Positions 47,559 to 56,232 of a stretch of 64,000 nt of DNA are shown piece by piece. The translations under genes and the position numbers were made by a program. The notes beneath the pieces are model-generated. The model was not told the DNA's origin. It searched no databases and saw nothing but the letters and a program-made list of their open reading frames with translations. Each line of letters opens with the position of its first letter. The first letter of the stretch is position 1. Source of the stretch: Actinomycetota bacterium (GTDB lineage Bacteria > Actinomycetota > Acidimicrobiia > IMCC26256 > VFJJ01); the NCBI GenBank assembly GCA_009886115.1, contig VFJJ01000051.1:62001-126000 (forward strand). The letters are read 5' to 3'.

Positions 47559-48542
47559 TCAGGCGAGCACGAACGCGGGAGGCGCGACCATCCGGGTCAC
47601 GGTTCGGCCCGCAGCCCGTTCCAACACCCCGAGATCGAGATCGTCGACCCGGGGTGTCGCCGCCAGCCCGAGCCGGGCCAGCTCGGCAGCCAACGTCACC
47701 TGGTGGTCGTCGACGTTCTCGCCGTGCGCGGCCTCGCGGGGCACGAGCACCCCGAAATGACCGGCGTTCATGGCCGTCAGGGTCGTGCCCACGCCACAGT
47801 GGCCGATCACGACGTCGGCGACCGCCATGGCGTCGATCAGCTCGGCGGTGGGGACCATCGCTCGCCCGTCGACCACACGGCCGCCGAGGTGCAGCCCGTC
47901 GACCGGCGTGCACCCGGTCTGCCACAGCACTTCGGCCTCGGGCGGCAAGATGGCGCACAGCCGCTCGAGCAGGCGCCGGAAGCGGTAGTCCTCCATGGTC
48001 CCGAGGGTCACCACAACCCGCCGCACCGGGCGGGTCGGGTGAGCGGCGTCCACTCGGGGAGCCGCCTGGTAGCCGTCGAAGACCGACCCTCGGTGCAGCC
48101 AGCGTTTCGACGCCAGATGCGGGAACTGGGTGTACATGCGAACCCCCGGGACGGGACCGAGCAGTTTGGCGGTCATCCCCGGGCCATCGGGACGCGTCGC
48201 CGATTCCACAAAGTGGCACGGGATTCGCCGCATCGCGCACACCGGGAGCACCCCGAGCGCGATCCCCGACCCGGACGTCATCACCGCAGTGACAGGGCTG
48301 GCGCCGTCACGAGCGCGTTCGCGCAGCACCTTGCGGGTGGCCCGAGCCGCCCCGAGCACGCCGCGAACGTCGCGGGGTTGCACCGGCTCGACCCACACCA
48401 CGTCCTCGCCCGCCAGCAGCGACTCGGTCTGAGGGTTGCGCCACGTCATCCACAGACGAGGACCGTCGAAGCCCACCCGAGCCGAGAGCGCCATGAGCTC
48501 GGTGATGTGGCCACCCACGGTCGTCGGCAGCAGCAGCGTCAT
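47559..48542 (-). CDS. Fused Alg14/Alg13-like (PssD-PssE/CpsF-CpsG) glycosyltransferase
   Basis: N-half GGHITEL, SGSGIA, FVESATR; C-half VTLGT, F.RL, WQTG, HCGVG, HGENVDDHQ. Confidence 0.85.
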   Translation of the reverse strand: MTLLLPTTVGGHITELMALSARVGFDGPRLWMTWRNPQTESLLAGEDVVWVEPVQPRDVRGVLGAARATRKVLRERARDGASPVTAVMTSGSGIALGVLPVCAMRRIPCHFVESATRPDGPGMTAKLLGPVPGVRMYTQFPHLASKRWLHRGSVFDGYQAAPRVDAAHPTRPVRRVVVTLGTMEDYRFRRLLERLCAILPPEAEVLWQTGCTPVDGLHLGGRVVDGRAMVPTAELIDAMAVADVVIGHCGVGTTLTAMNAGHFGVLVPREAAHGENVDDHQVTLAAELARLGLAATPRVDDLDLGVLERAAGRTVTRMVAPPAFVLA

Positions 48543-48658
48543 AGGCCGAGCAGTGTGCCAGACCCCAGGCCTCAGGCACCGACCCCAACCACCCCGAGCA
48601 CCTGTCGCTCAGCCGCCACAATCACCCTTGAGCGACAGGTGCTCGATGGGTCACAAGC

Positions 48659-49903
48659 TCAGAAGGCACCGAGCATCACCGGTGCCGGGAAGGTGGCGAA
48701 CATCCGGTCGGCCCGGACCAGGGCTCCCGGGCTCAGCTCGTGGACGAACCCGGCTGCGGCCAGCGAGCTGAACGACGTTCCGCCCAGATAGACCGCGCCG
48801 AGCGCATGCTCCTCCAAGACGAGGTCGGGGGCCGCGCTGGTTTCGGTGCACGACACGCCGTCGGCCTCGTCATCGGTGTCGACCTCGAGCATCCAGCTCC
48901 GGGCTCCTCCGTCTCGACTCGCCGGAGCTGCGGCGACCGCGAGCACGAGACGCCCCGATGCGCCGTAGGTGCGTGCCGACAGGGCCCGACCGGGATCGAG
49001 CAGTCGTGTCCAGAGCCCGTCCTTGTGCTGGCTGACGAGCAGGCGCCGTCCGTCGGCGAGGAGATGGCGCACCGGATCGTCGACGGCCACGGCATGCCCG
49101 GAAATCGTGGCCACGAGATCGACATCGAGCACGAGTCGCCACAGGGCGGCGCCGGCCCGATCGGTGGTCGCGAGCAGCTCGCGCACAAGCAGGCGCTTGG
49201 CCGGTAGGCCCCGCTCGAATGCGCCGGTGATCTCGTAACAGACGATTCCTTCAACCTGTCCGGCGAGGCTCTCGTAGACGGCCCAGAACCGGGCTCCGTC
49301 GGTCATGCGGTGTCCGAAATAGACCTCGGGCCACCAGAAATCGGGCCGGGAGACCATCCCCGGTTGGAGCACCCGAAATCGTTCGTAGAAGGCGGGGACG
49401 GCCGATGTCGCGGTCGTCTCGTCGATGAGTCGGGTCGCGCCGCCGGCGTCGGGGCGCCAGCCGTCGTGGAACGCGCCGTAGGCCCGATCGATCTCGAACG
49501 ACTGGCTCCACGTGGCCGGGCCATATCCGAAACGCCGGTAGATGCCGGCCTCCGACGCGGTCAGCACGCTCACCGGCTCCCCCCGCTCCCGGGAGTCGGC
49601 AGCGATCAGGGTCATGAGCTCGGTCACGATGCCTTGGCGGCGATGCGTGGGCTGAACCGAGACCCACGACACCGCCCCGACCGGCAGCAGCACCCCGCCG
49701 GGGACCGTCAGCTCGAAGCTGTAGTTGCGGGCCGCTCCGACGATCTCGGCGCCCGCGAAGGCCCCGAAGACCCGGTCTGGTTCACCCCGGGCCCAGGTGT
49801 CGGCGCTCCCCGGAGCCGGCGGCGCGAGCGTGAACGCCCGCCGGTCGGCTTCGATGAAGGCGTCGATCTCGTGTGCCTCGATGGACCTGATCTCGATCGG
49901 CAT
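48659..49903 (-). CDS. Eis-like GNAT acetyltransferase with SCP2-like C-terminus
   Basis: VSVQPTHRRQG, LTASEAGIYRRFGYG, DGLW.RLLD...AL.AR.Y, LGAVYLGG. Confidence 0.9.
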   Translation of the reverse strand: MPIEIRSIEAHEIDAFIEADRRAFTLAPPAPGSADTWARGEPDRVFGAFAGAEIVGAARNYSFELTVPGGVLLPVGAVSWVSVQPTHRRQGIVTELMTLIAADSRERGEPVSVLTASEAGIYRRFGYGPATWSQSFEIDRAYGAFHDGWRPDAGGATRLIDETTATSAVPAFYERFRVLQPGMVSRPDFWWPEVYFGHRMTDGARFWAVYESLAGQVEGIVCYEITGAFERGLPAKRLLVRELLATTDRAGAALWRLVLDVDLVATISGHAVAVDDPVRHLLADGRRLLVSQHKDGLWTRLLDPGRALSARTYGASGRLVLAVAAAPASRDGGARSWMLEVDTDDEADGVSCTETSAAPDLVLEEHALGAVYLGGTSFSSLAAAGFVHELSPGALVRADRMFATFPAPVMLGAF

Positions 49904-49930
49904 GGCCCCGAGTGTCGCGTGAACGGGCGC

Positions 49931-50911
49931 TCAGATGTTCGGCAGTACCTTCTCGACGTACAGGTGCAGGCTCTCCCAGGCCGTGTCGATCGGCATGCCG
50001 CCACACAGGGGGTGCAGGTTGAAAGCCGCCAGGGCGCCTTGTTCCTTGGCCCGGGCGATCACCTGCTCGGGGGTGAGGATCTGGTAGATGCCCTCGGCCC
50101 GCAGCTCGTCGACGTTGGTGGCGTGCGAGTGCACGGCCGAGCGGATGTCGGAGGTCTGCCAGGTGTGGTAGGTCCAGCTCTCGTGGAACAGATGATCGCC
50201 GATCTCGGCCCAGGCCTTGTCGGGATCCTCGGCAACGAACAGCATCACCGTGTCGACGCCGGGCATCATCAAGAAGCCCTGGGTCCCGTACTCCTTGCAC
50301 TGCTCGTAGTAGTACGCCTCGAGCTCGGGCATGTTGGCGGCCGGGAACATGGGCAGCCCGAACCGCGCCGCTCGCCGAGCCGCCGGCTTCGACGTGCCGC
50401 CGAGCAGCACCACGGGATGCGGCTGGGTGAGCGGCCGCGGCGTGACCCGAACGGTCGTGCCGCGGTACTCGAACGGCTCGCCCGTCCACGCCTTGAGGAG
50501 CGTGTCGACGCACTCGTCCATGAGCGCTCCCCGATCGGCCCAGCTCTTGCCGTGGGCTGCGTACTCCGATGGCCGGTACCCCATGCCCAGGATGGTCGTG
50601 AGACGCCCCCCGCTCGCCAGGTCGAGCACCGCGATGTCCTCGGCGACCCGCAGCGGATCGTGCAGCGGCAGCAGCAGAGCCGAGATGTTCAAGCCCACGT
50701 TCTTCGTGCGGGCCAAGGCCATACCGGCGAACAGCAGCGGCGTCGACATCCAGTTGTTCTCGGCGCCGTGATGCTCCTCGGTGGTGATCATGGCGAAGCC
50801 GTTGTCGTCGCAGTACGACACCATCTCCAGCGCGGCCTTGAACATGTCGGAATGCTTCTGCGGATCGTTCTCCGGCAGGATCAGGTTGAACCGGGCGATC
50901 GACATGGCCAT
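49931..50911 (-). CDS. LLM-class flavin-dependent oxidoreductase
   Basis: EEHHG, LLPLHDPLRVAEDIAVLDLASGGR, GYRPSEY. Confidence 0.92.
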   Translation of the reverse strand: MAMSIARFNLILPENDPQKHSDMFKAALEMVSYCDDNGFAMITTEEHHGAENNWMSTPLLFAGMALARTKNVGLNISALLLPLHDPLRVAEDIAVLDLASGGRLTTILGMGYRPSEYAAHGKSWADRGALMDECVDTLLKAWTGEPFEYRGTTVRVTPRPLTQPHPVVLLGGTSKPAARRAARFGLPMFPAANMPELEAYYYEQCKEYGTQGFLMMPGVDTVMLFVAEDPDKAWAEIGDHLFHESWTYHTWQTSDIRSAVHSHATNVDELRAEGIYQILTPEQVIARAKEQGALAAFNLHPLCGGMPIDTAWESLHLYVEKVLPNI

Positions 50912-51061
50912 GGCGCGTGGCTCCTCGGGTTTCTCGGGATCGGGGACTGCTCGGACTGCTCGGACGCTCGGGGTGCTCGGAGTTCAGCCAGCGAACCGCG
51001 AAACCCAGACCTCAGGCTGACCCACGGTGACAGCAGCCGTCCAACCTACGGGCCCATCAGC

Positions 51062-51501
51062 TCACGTTCCGGCCACCGTCTGTGGGAGGTCGGAGCTGCG
51101 GATGTCGTGGGCCCAGGGATAGCGGAGCGTGTCGATGAGCGAGAACGGGGCGTCGAGCACGATGTCACGGACGCTCTTTTTCTCCGGAGCGAACATGCGC
51201 CCCGGAGGGTCGAGCTTGTCACGCAAGGTGACCATGCCGTCGAAGACCTTCTCGGGATCGTCGCACAGCGTGTAGACGGTGATGAACGTGCCCTGGCTGC
51301 GGGCGAAGCCCGACTCGGCGTCGACGATGCGCACCGCGTGCAGCGCCGGCGGAGCAACGTAGCGACGTAGCGACGGCCGGTCATGATCCCGGGCAGCGCG
51401 ATGTTGGGTGGCAGGTGCTCGAGGTCGTACCAACGGTTCCAGGCCTCGATGCAATCGGCATCACAGTCGAGCCCAGCGAAGATGATGCCGGTGGCGTCCA
51501 C
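51062..51501 (-). pseudogene. Frameshifted conserved hypothetical gene (EthD/dimeric alpha-beta barrel-like)
   Basis: WNRWYDLEHLP..IALPGI..GRRYVA continues in another frame as RYVAPPALHAVR; an 8-bp tandem duplication at 51357-51372 explains the shift. Confidence 0.7.
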
Positions 51502-51653
51502 GGTTCCCCCAGGGATGATTCGGCTGCCGCTGCCCGCCAACGGCCTGCGCTTCCGGCCGAGCTTCGCGCGAACGGAGTCGACCATGTCGCAGACGGAACT
51601 AGTCTGACTGCACCTGCCGGGCAGGCGCGCAGACTGACGAGCGAGGTTCTGGA

Positions 51654-52904
51654 ATGACCACGACACGGACGAGGCGATCGATCGGAGCCGTCGCTGGGGT
51701 GCTCGTAGCCCTGGGTCTGAGCGCCTGCGAGATTCGCACCGAGGAGAAGATCGTCGTCAACGAGGACGGCTCGGGCACCATCGAGGTGGTGTTCCTGGCC
51801 GACGAGGAGTTCCGCACCCAGATCGTCGAGCTCAGCAACGGGTTCCAGTTCGAGGTCGAGGGTGAGACGACCACCACGCTCAACGCCGACACGCTCTTCG
51901 ACGTCAACTCGCCCGATTTCACACTGCCACCGGGCTTCGAGGCCGAGAACATCGACGAGGGCGACTTCAAGGGCTTCCGGGTCCGGGGGTCGTTCGACAG
52001 CCCCGAACAACTTGCCGAGCGTCTCGATGAAGCGGGCACGGCTGGATCCGACGACACCTCCGGTTCGATGGACGGAACCCTCACCGGGATCACCCTCGTG
52101 CGCGAGGGCGACGGGTTCCGCTTCAGCGCCGACCTCTCCGGCGACACCGTCACCGGCCTGGGAGAGGGCTTCGGAGAGACGGGCGGCGGCGGCGAGGACG
52201 CCGAGAACCTCGACGAAGCGTTCGGCGACCTGTCCGAGGCCTTCAAGTTCCGGCTCGAGATCACCATGCCCGGCCACATCGCCGAGAGCAACGCCGACTT
52301 CCTCCCGGCTGACGACACCGCCGTGTGGACCATCGACTTCGCCAACCCCAACAGAACGCTCGAGGCCCGCTCGGAGCCCGGCGACGGCGAGGGGCAGTCG
52401 TCGAACCCCGCCGCGCTCGAGAGCGAGGGCAATCCGGCTGCCGAGCCGATCGTCGAATCCGACGGCGCTGATGACGGCGGCTCGGACGGCGCGGCCCAGA
52501 GCGACGACGGCGATACCGGTGACGGCGGTGACGGCGACGACGGCTCGAGCGTCGGGCTCATCATCGGGATCGTCGTTGCGCTCCTGGTGGTCGGCGGCAT
52601 CGTGTTCCTCGTGGTGCGCAACAAGAAGAAGGCCCCGGGAAGCCACGGGGAACCAGGCCCGGGCACACCCGGCGGATTTCCCGCAGCCGGCCCCTCGCCG
52701 TACGCACCCAGACCCGACGCGCCGTATCAGCAAGGTGGTGGCGCCGTGCTGACGGCACCGCCCGGCACAGCGCCGCCTTCCCAGACGAGCCCACCCGCGT
52801 GGCACCCCGATCCCACGCACCGCCATCAGCTCCGCTACCACGACGGCACCCGCTGGACGGCCCACGTGTCCGACGGCGGGGTCGGCGGGTCCGACCCGAT
52901 CTGA
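51654..52904 (+). CDS. LppM-like lipoprotein with C-terminal TM helix and DUF2510 tail
   Basis: Lipobox LGLSAC, V.EDGSG, ITMPG.I.ESNAD, TM IIGIVVALLVVGGIVFLVV, WHPDP..RHQLRYHDG..WT.HV. Confidence 0.8.
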   Translation: MTTTRTRRSIGAVAGVLVALGLSACEIRTEEKIVVNEDGSGTIEVVFLADEEFRTQIVELSNGFQFEVEGETTTTLNADTLFDVNSPDFTLPPGFEAENIDEGDFKGFRVRGSFDSPEQLAERLDEAGTAGSDDTSGSMDGTLTGITLVREGDGFRFSADLSGDTVTGLGEGFGETGGGGEDAENLDEAFGDLSEAFKFRLEITMPGHIAESNADFLPADDTAVWTIDFANPNRTLEARSEPGDGEGQSSNPAALESEGNPAAEPIVESDGADDGGSDGAAQSDDGDTGDGGDGDDGSSVGLIIGIVVALLVVGGIVFLVVRNKKKAPGSHGEPGPGTPGGFPAAGPSPYAPRPDAPYQQGGGAVLTAPPGTAPPSQTSPPAWHPDPTHRHQLRYHDGTRWTAHVSDGGVGGSDPI

Positions 52905-52945
52905 GTACTCGGCCCGTTGGTACAGCCTGAGGAGACAACCACACG

Positions 52946-53488
52946 ATGACCTCGACCTCATCGAACCCGCTGGCACCGCCCCCGAGCGTTGGGCCGGATG
53001 CATCGTCGAGGTGGCGCAGGCGTGCTCGGTGGATGGTGCCGGTGGCCGTCGTGCTCGTGGGCCTGTTCGTGTTCGTGATGGTGTACTTCCAGCCCCACAA
53101 GGCCTTCATCGACGATACGGTCAACGAGGCCGCACCGGTGGGCGTCGCTCCGGAGCGTGCCGTCATGTCGGGCGAGTTCATCAGCCGGGCCCACGGCACG
53201 ACCGGCCACGCCATGATCGCCGACGGCACCGACGGGACGCGCTTCTTGCGCATCGAGGATCTCGACACCGACAACGGCCCCGACCTCAAGGTGTACCTCA
53301 CGACCGTGGCCCCCGACGGCGAGGAAGGCACGTTCGACGATGACTTCGTCGACCTCGGGCGCTTGAAGGGCAACATCGGCGATCAGAACTACGAGATCCC
53401 CGCCGATGTCGACATCACGCGCTACCCGAGCGTCGTCATCTGGTGCGACCGCTTCGACGTCGCCTTCGGCGCCGCCCCGCTGAGCTGA
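52946..53488 (+). CDS. DM13 domain membrane protein
   Basis: H.TTG.A, TDNGPDLKVYL, LG.LKGNIGDQNY, SVVIWCDRF.V.FG.A. Confidence 0.92.
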   Translation: MTSTSSNPLAPPPSVGPDASSRWRRRARWMVPVAVVLVGLFVFVMVYFQPHKAFIDDTVNEAAPVGVAPERAVMSGEFISRAHGTTGHAMIADGTDGTRFLRIEDLDTDNGPDLKVYLTTVAPDGEEGTFDDDFVDLGRLKGNIGDQNYEIPADVDITRYPSVVIWCDRFDVAFGAAPLS

Positions 53489-53579
53489 GGTGGGCTGAAC
53501 CCAGCCGAGCTGAACTGCCGGCTGATCGCCCCGATCGCTCCCGGGGGCGCTGGTCGCGGGGCAATCGAGCACTTGTAGG

Positions 53580-54110
53580 ATGAGCAGCGTGAAAACCGTT
53601 GTGCTCGGCGACCTCCCCCCGCCGCTCAGTGAGTTCCTGGCTCGTCGCCGCGCGCTGGGGCAGGATCTCTTCGACGAGGTGTGGGAGGGCGAGTATCACG
53701 TGGCACCCGCGGCACACCCCTGGCACGGCTACATCGACCGCTGCCTCGCCGTGCTCCTCGAGCCCGCGGGCCGCCGGGCTGGCCTCATCGGAACCGGGCC
53801 TTTCAACCTCGGCGAGCCCGAGGACTTTCGGGTTCCCGATGGTGGCTACCACCGGGGCATGCCGTCTTCGGTGTTCGTCGCCACCGCGGCGATCGTGGTC
53901 GAGGTGATCTCACCCCACGACGAGACGTGGGAGAAGTTCGGCTTCTACGCCGCACACGGCGTCGAGGAAGTCGTGACCGCCGAGCCGGCTGAGGCGCGGC
54001 TCCAATGGTTCGTGCTCTCCGACACCACGGAGTACGTCGCAACCGATCGCAGCCCACTGCTCGGTGTCTCCGTGGCCGAGATCGCCTCGGCCATCGAGTG
54101 GCCCCGGTAG
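53580..54110 (+). CDS. Uma2 (DUF820) family endonuclease
   Basis: EVWEG...VAPA..PWHG, RVPD, VVEVISP, K..FYA.HGV.E. Confidence 0.85.
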   Translation: MSSVKTVVLGDLPPPLSEFLARRRALGQDLFDEVWEGEYHVAPAAHPWHGYIDRCLAVLLEPAGRRAGLIGTGPFNLGEPEDFRVPDGGYHRGMPSSVFVATAAIVVEVISPHDETWEKFGFYAAHGVEEVVTAEPAEARLQWFVLSDTTEYVATDRSPLLGVSVAEIASAIEWPR

Positions 54111-54221
54111 GTGCACCGCTCTGAGACGCGACTGACGCCGCTGCGCTAGAACATCGGCATCCAAGGTGGGCGTTCGATCGCTGCGCCCGCTCGCACGAGC
54201 ATTCGCCGAAGGAGCACCGTC

Positions 54222-55325
54222 ATGCGCGGGATCGTCTACACCGGAGAAGCAGCCGAGATCCGCACCGATGTGGAGGTGCGCGGGCCCGGTCCATCGGAGG
54301 TGCTCGTGCGCATCGCTGCGGCGGGCGTGTGCCACAGCGACATCAGTTGCCTCGATGGCACCATCCCCTGGCCCACCCCGTTTCTGATGGGTCACGAGGG
54401 CGCCGGCGTGGTCGAAGAGGTCGGCTCCGAGGTCACCCAGGTCAAGAAGGGCGACCACGTCGTCGTGGCCACCATCTCGTCGTGCGGCAAGTGCCGCTGG
54501 TGCGGCATCGGCAAGACCTCGTGGTGCCGCTCCACGCTGGCCAACCGGCACGAGCCCTTCACCGTCGGCGGTGTGAAGGCCGGCAACTTCGCGGCGACGT
54601 CGTCGTTCGCCGAGGTGACGCTGATCAAGGAGATCCAGGCCGTCAAGATCCCCAAGGACGTGCCGCTCACCTCGGCGTGTCTCATCGCCTGCGGTGTCGT
54701 CACCGGCCTGGGCTCGGTGTTCAACCGGGCCAACATCCAACCGGGCCAGACCGCCGCGGTGTTCGGCGCGGGCGGCGTGGGCCTGTCGGTCATCCAGGCG
54801 CTGCGCATCAAGGCCGCGTCGCGCATCGTGGCCGTCGACGCCGTGGCCGGCAAAGCCGAGCTGGCCTTGAAGATGGGCGCCACCGACTTCGTCAACGCCT
54901 CCGAGGTCGACAGTGCCGAGGCCATCCGCGAGCTGTTCCCCCACAGCGCCGAGATGGTGCGTGGCCCCTTCGGTGCCGGCGGCGTCGACTGGTCGTTCGA
55001 GTGCGTCGGCCATCCGAAGGTGCTGGAGGCCGCGATCGAGGTGCTCGACTGGGGCGGCATCTGCGTCTCGGTCGGCCAACCCGCCCCCGGCGTCACCGTG
55101 CCCGTCCCCATCACCCACCTCAACCAGGTCGACCGGGGTCTCATCGGCTCCCGTGCCGGCGGCGTCCGCCCCCAGCACGACATCCCGATGATCGTGCAGC
55201 TCTACCGCCAGGGCCTGTTCGACCTCGACTCCATGGTGTCGAAGACCTACCCCATGGAGGACTTCCACACCGTCGTCGACGACATGCACCACGGCAAGCT
55301 CGCACGCGGCGTCCTGACGTTCTGA
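54222..55325 (+). CDS. Zn-dependent alcohol dehydrogenase (class III-like MDR)
   Basis: GVCHSD, GHEGAG, CGKCRWC..G...WC, ACGV.TG, FGAGGVG. Confidence 0.93.
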   Translation: MRGIVYTGEAAEIRTDVEVRGPGPSEVLVRIAAAGVCHSDISCLDGTIPWPTPFLMGHEGAGVVEEVGSEVTQVKKGDHVVVATISSCGKCRWCGIGKTSWCRSTLANRHEPFTVGGVKAGNFAATSSFAEVTLIKEIQAVKIPKDVPLTSACLIACGVVTGLGSVFNRANIQPGQTAAVFGAGGVGLSVIQALRIKAASRIVAVDAVAGKAELALKMGATDFVNASEVDSAEAIRELFPHSAEMVRGPFGAGGVDWSFECVGHPKVLEAAIEVLDWGGICVSVGQPAPGVTVPVPITHLNQVDRGLIGSRAGGVRPQHDIPMIVQLYRQGLFDLDSMVSKTYPMEDFHTVVDDMHHGKLARGVLTF

Positions 55326-55399
55326 CGTCCTGACGTGATGTGACGGTCGGCCTCCGAGCGGGCGACGGTCAGTCCCGGACGACGCGACGACGAGGGTTT

Positions 55400-55490
55400 G
55401 TCGCGAGGATCCTGGCGAATGCTGGCACGCACGGAGTCGCCGACGACGAAATCCGCCACGCGATCGCCAACGCGGTCGTCGTCGCGGCCC
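55400..55490 (+). pseudogene. Possible N-terminal remnant of a small BrnT-like toxin
   Basis: ARILANAGTHGVADDEIRHAIANAVVV resembles (S)A.KHG...DI.HA..NA toxin starts; no intact ORF. Confidence 0.3.
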
Positions 55491-55671
55491 GCTCGGCCGG
55501 GCCCCTCGAGAAGGCCCGATCGCCCACGATCGTGACGTGCGGGCGGTTGCCGGGCTTGGGCTCGCGGGCGGAGCGGGTGCCGCCCTTGGGCGTATGGGCG
55601 CAGGCGTGTGGGCGCGGCGCGGTGTCCGGATGTGGCACGAACGGGTCACTCCATGACCGGACGGGAGGGGT

Positions 55672-56010
55672 GTGGCCGACGAGGCACCGTACATGCGTGT
55701 CGAGGTGCCCGGGTTCGTGCTCCACGAGGAGCTGGGCCGGGGCGGCTACGCCGTGGTGTTCCGGGCCGCCCAGACGACGGTCGACGGTGGGGCGCACCTG
55801 CCGCTACCACGGCAGCCGGTAGCGACGAGACCATCAACGAGCGCACCACGTCGCTGGCCGTAACGACAACAGCGCCAGAGACGACGACGAGTGAGGCGAC
55901 GGCACCCGAACGGCAACGATTCGCGGTCACCGACACCATCCCTGTCGGTGGCAGTCCTCAACCGTTCGTGTTGGCAGACAACGCCCTCTGGATAGCGTCG
56001 TCGACCTCGG
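55672..56010 (+). pseudogene. Internally deleted Ser/Thr kinase gene (kinase N-lobe joined to extracellular beta-propeller start)
   Basis: GTG after GGAGG; VPGFVLHEELGRGGYAVVFRAAQ; after a frame change comes a T/S/E-rich linker and VTDTIPVGGSP..FV...NALWIA. Confidence 0.6.
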
Positions 56011-56232
56011 CCCCGATGTGCTCGCGTTCCTCTGGCGAACGTCCCGTCGAGGACGGTCTCCTCCAGGTAGCCGAGGAGCTCATCGCGCCGCAGGGACAAG
56101 ACCCGTCGACGTTCAGCGGACCCACGTTCGAGCTCATTGCGGAGGCGCCGGGGAATGCCTGGGTGTTGCACCGGCGACTCCAGCGCTCGCTGGTTCGGTT
56201 CGGCGGTGTTGCTGGTTGGCGACGGCCTGGGT

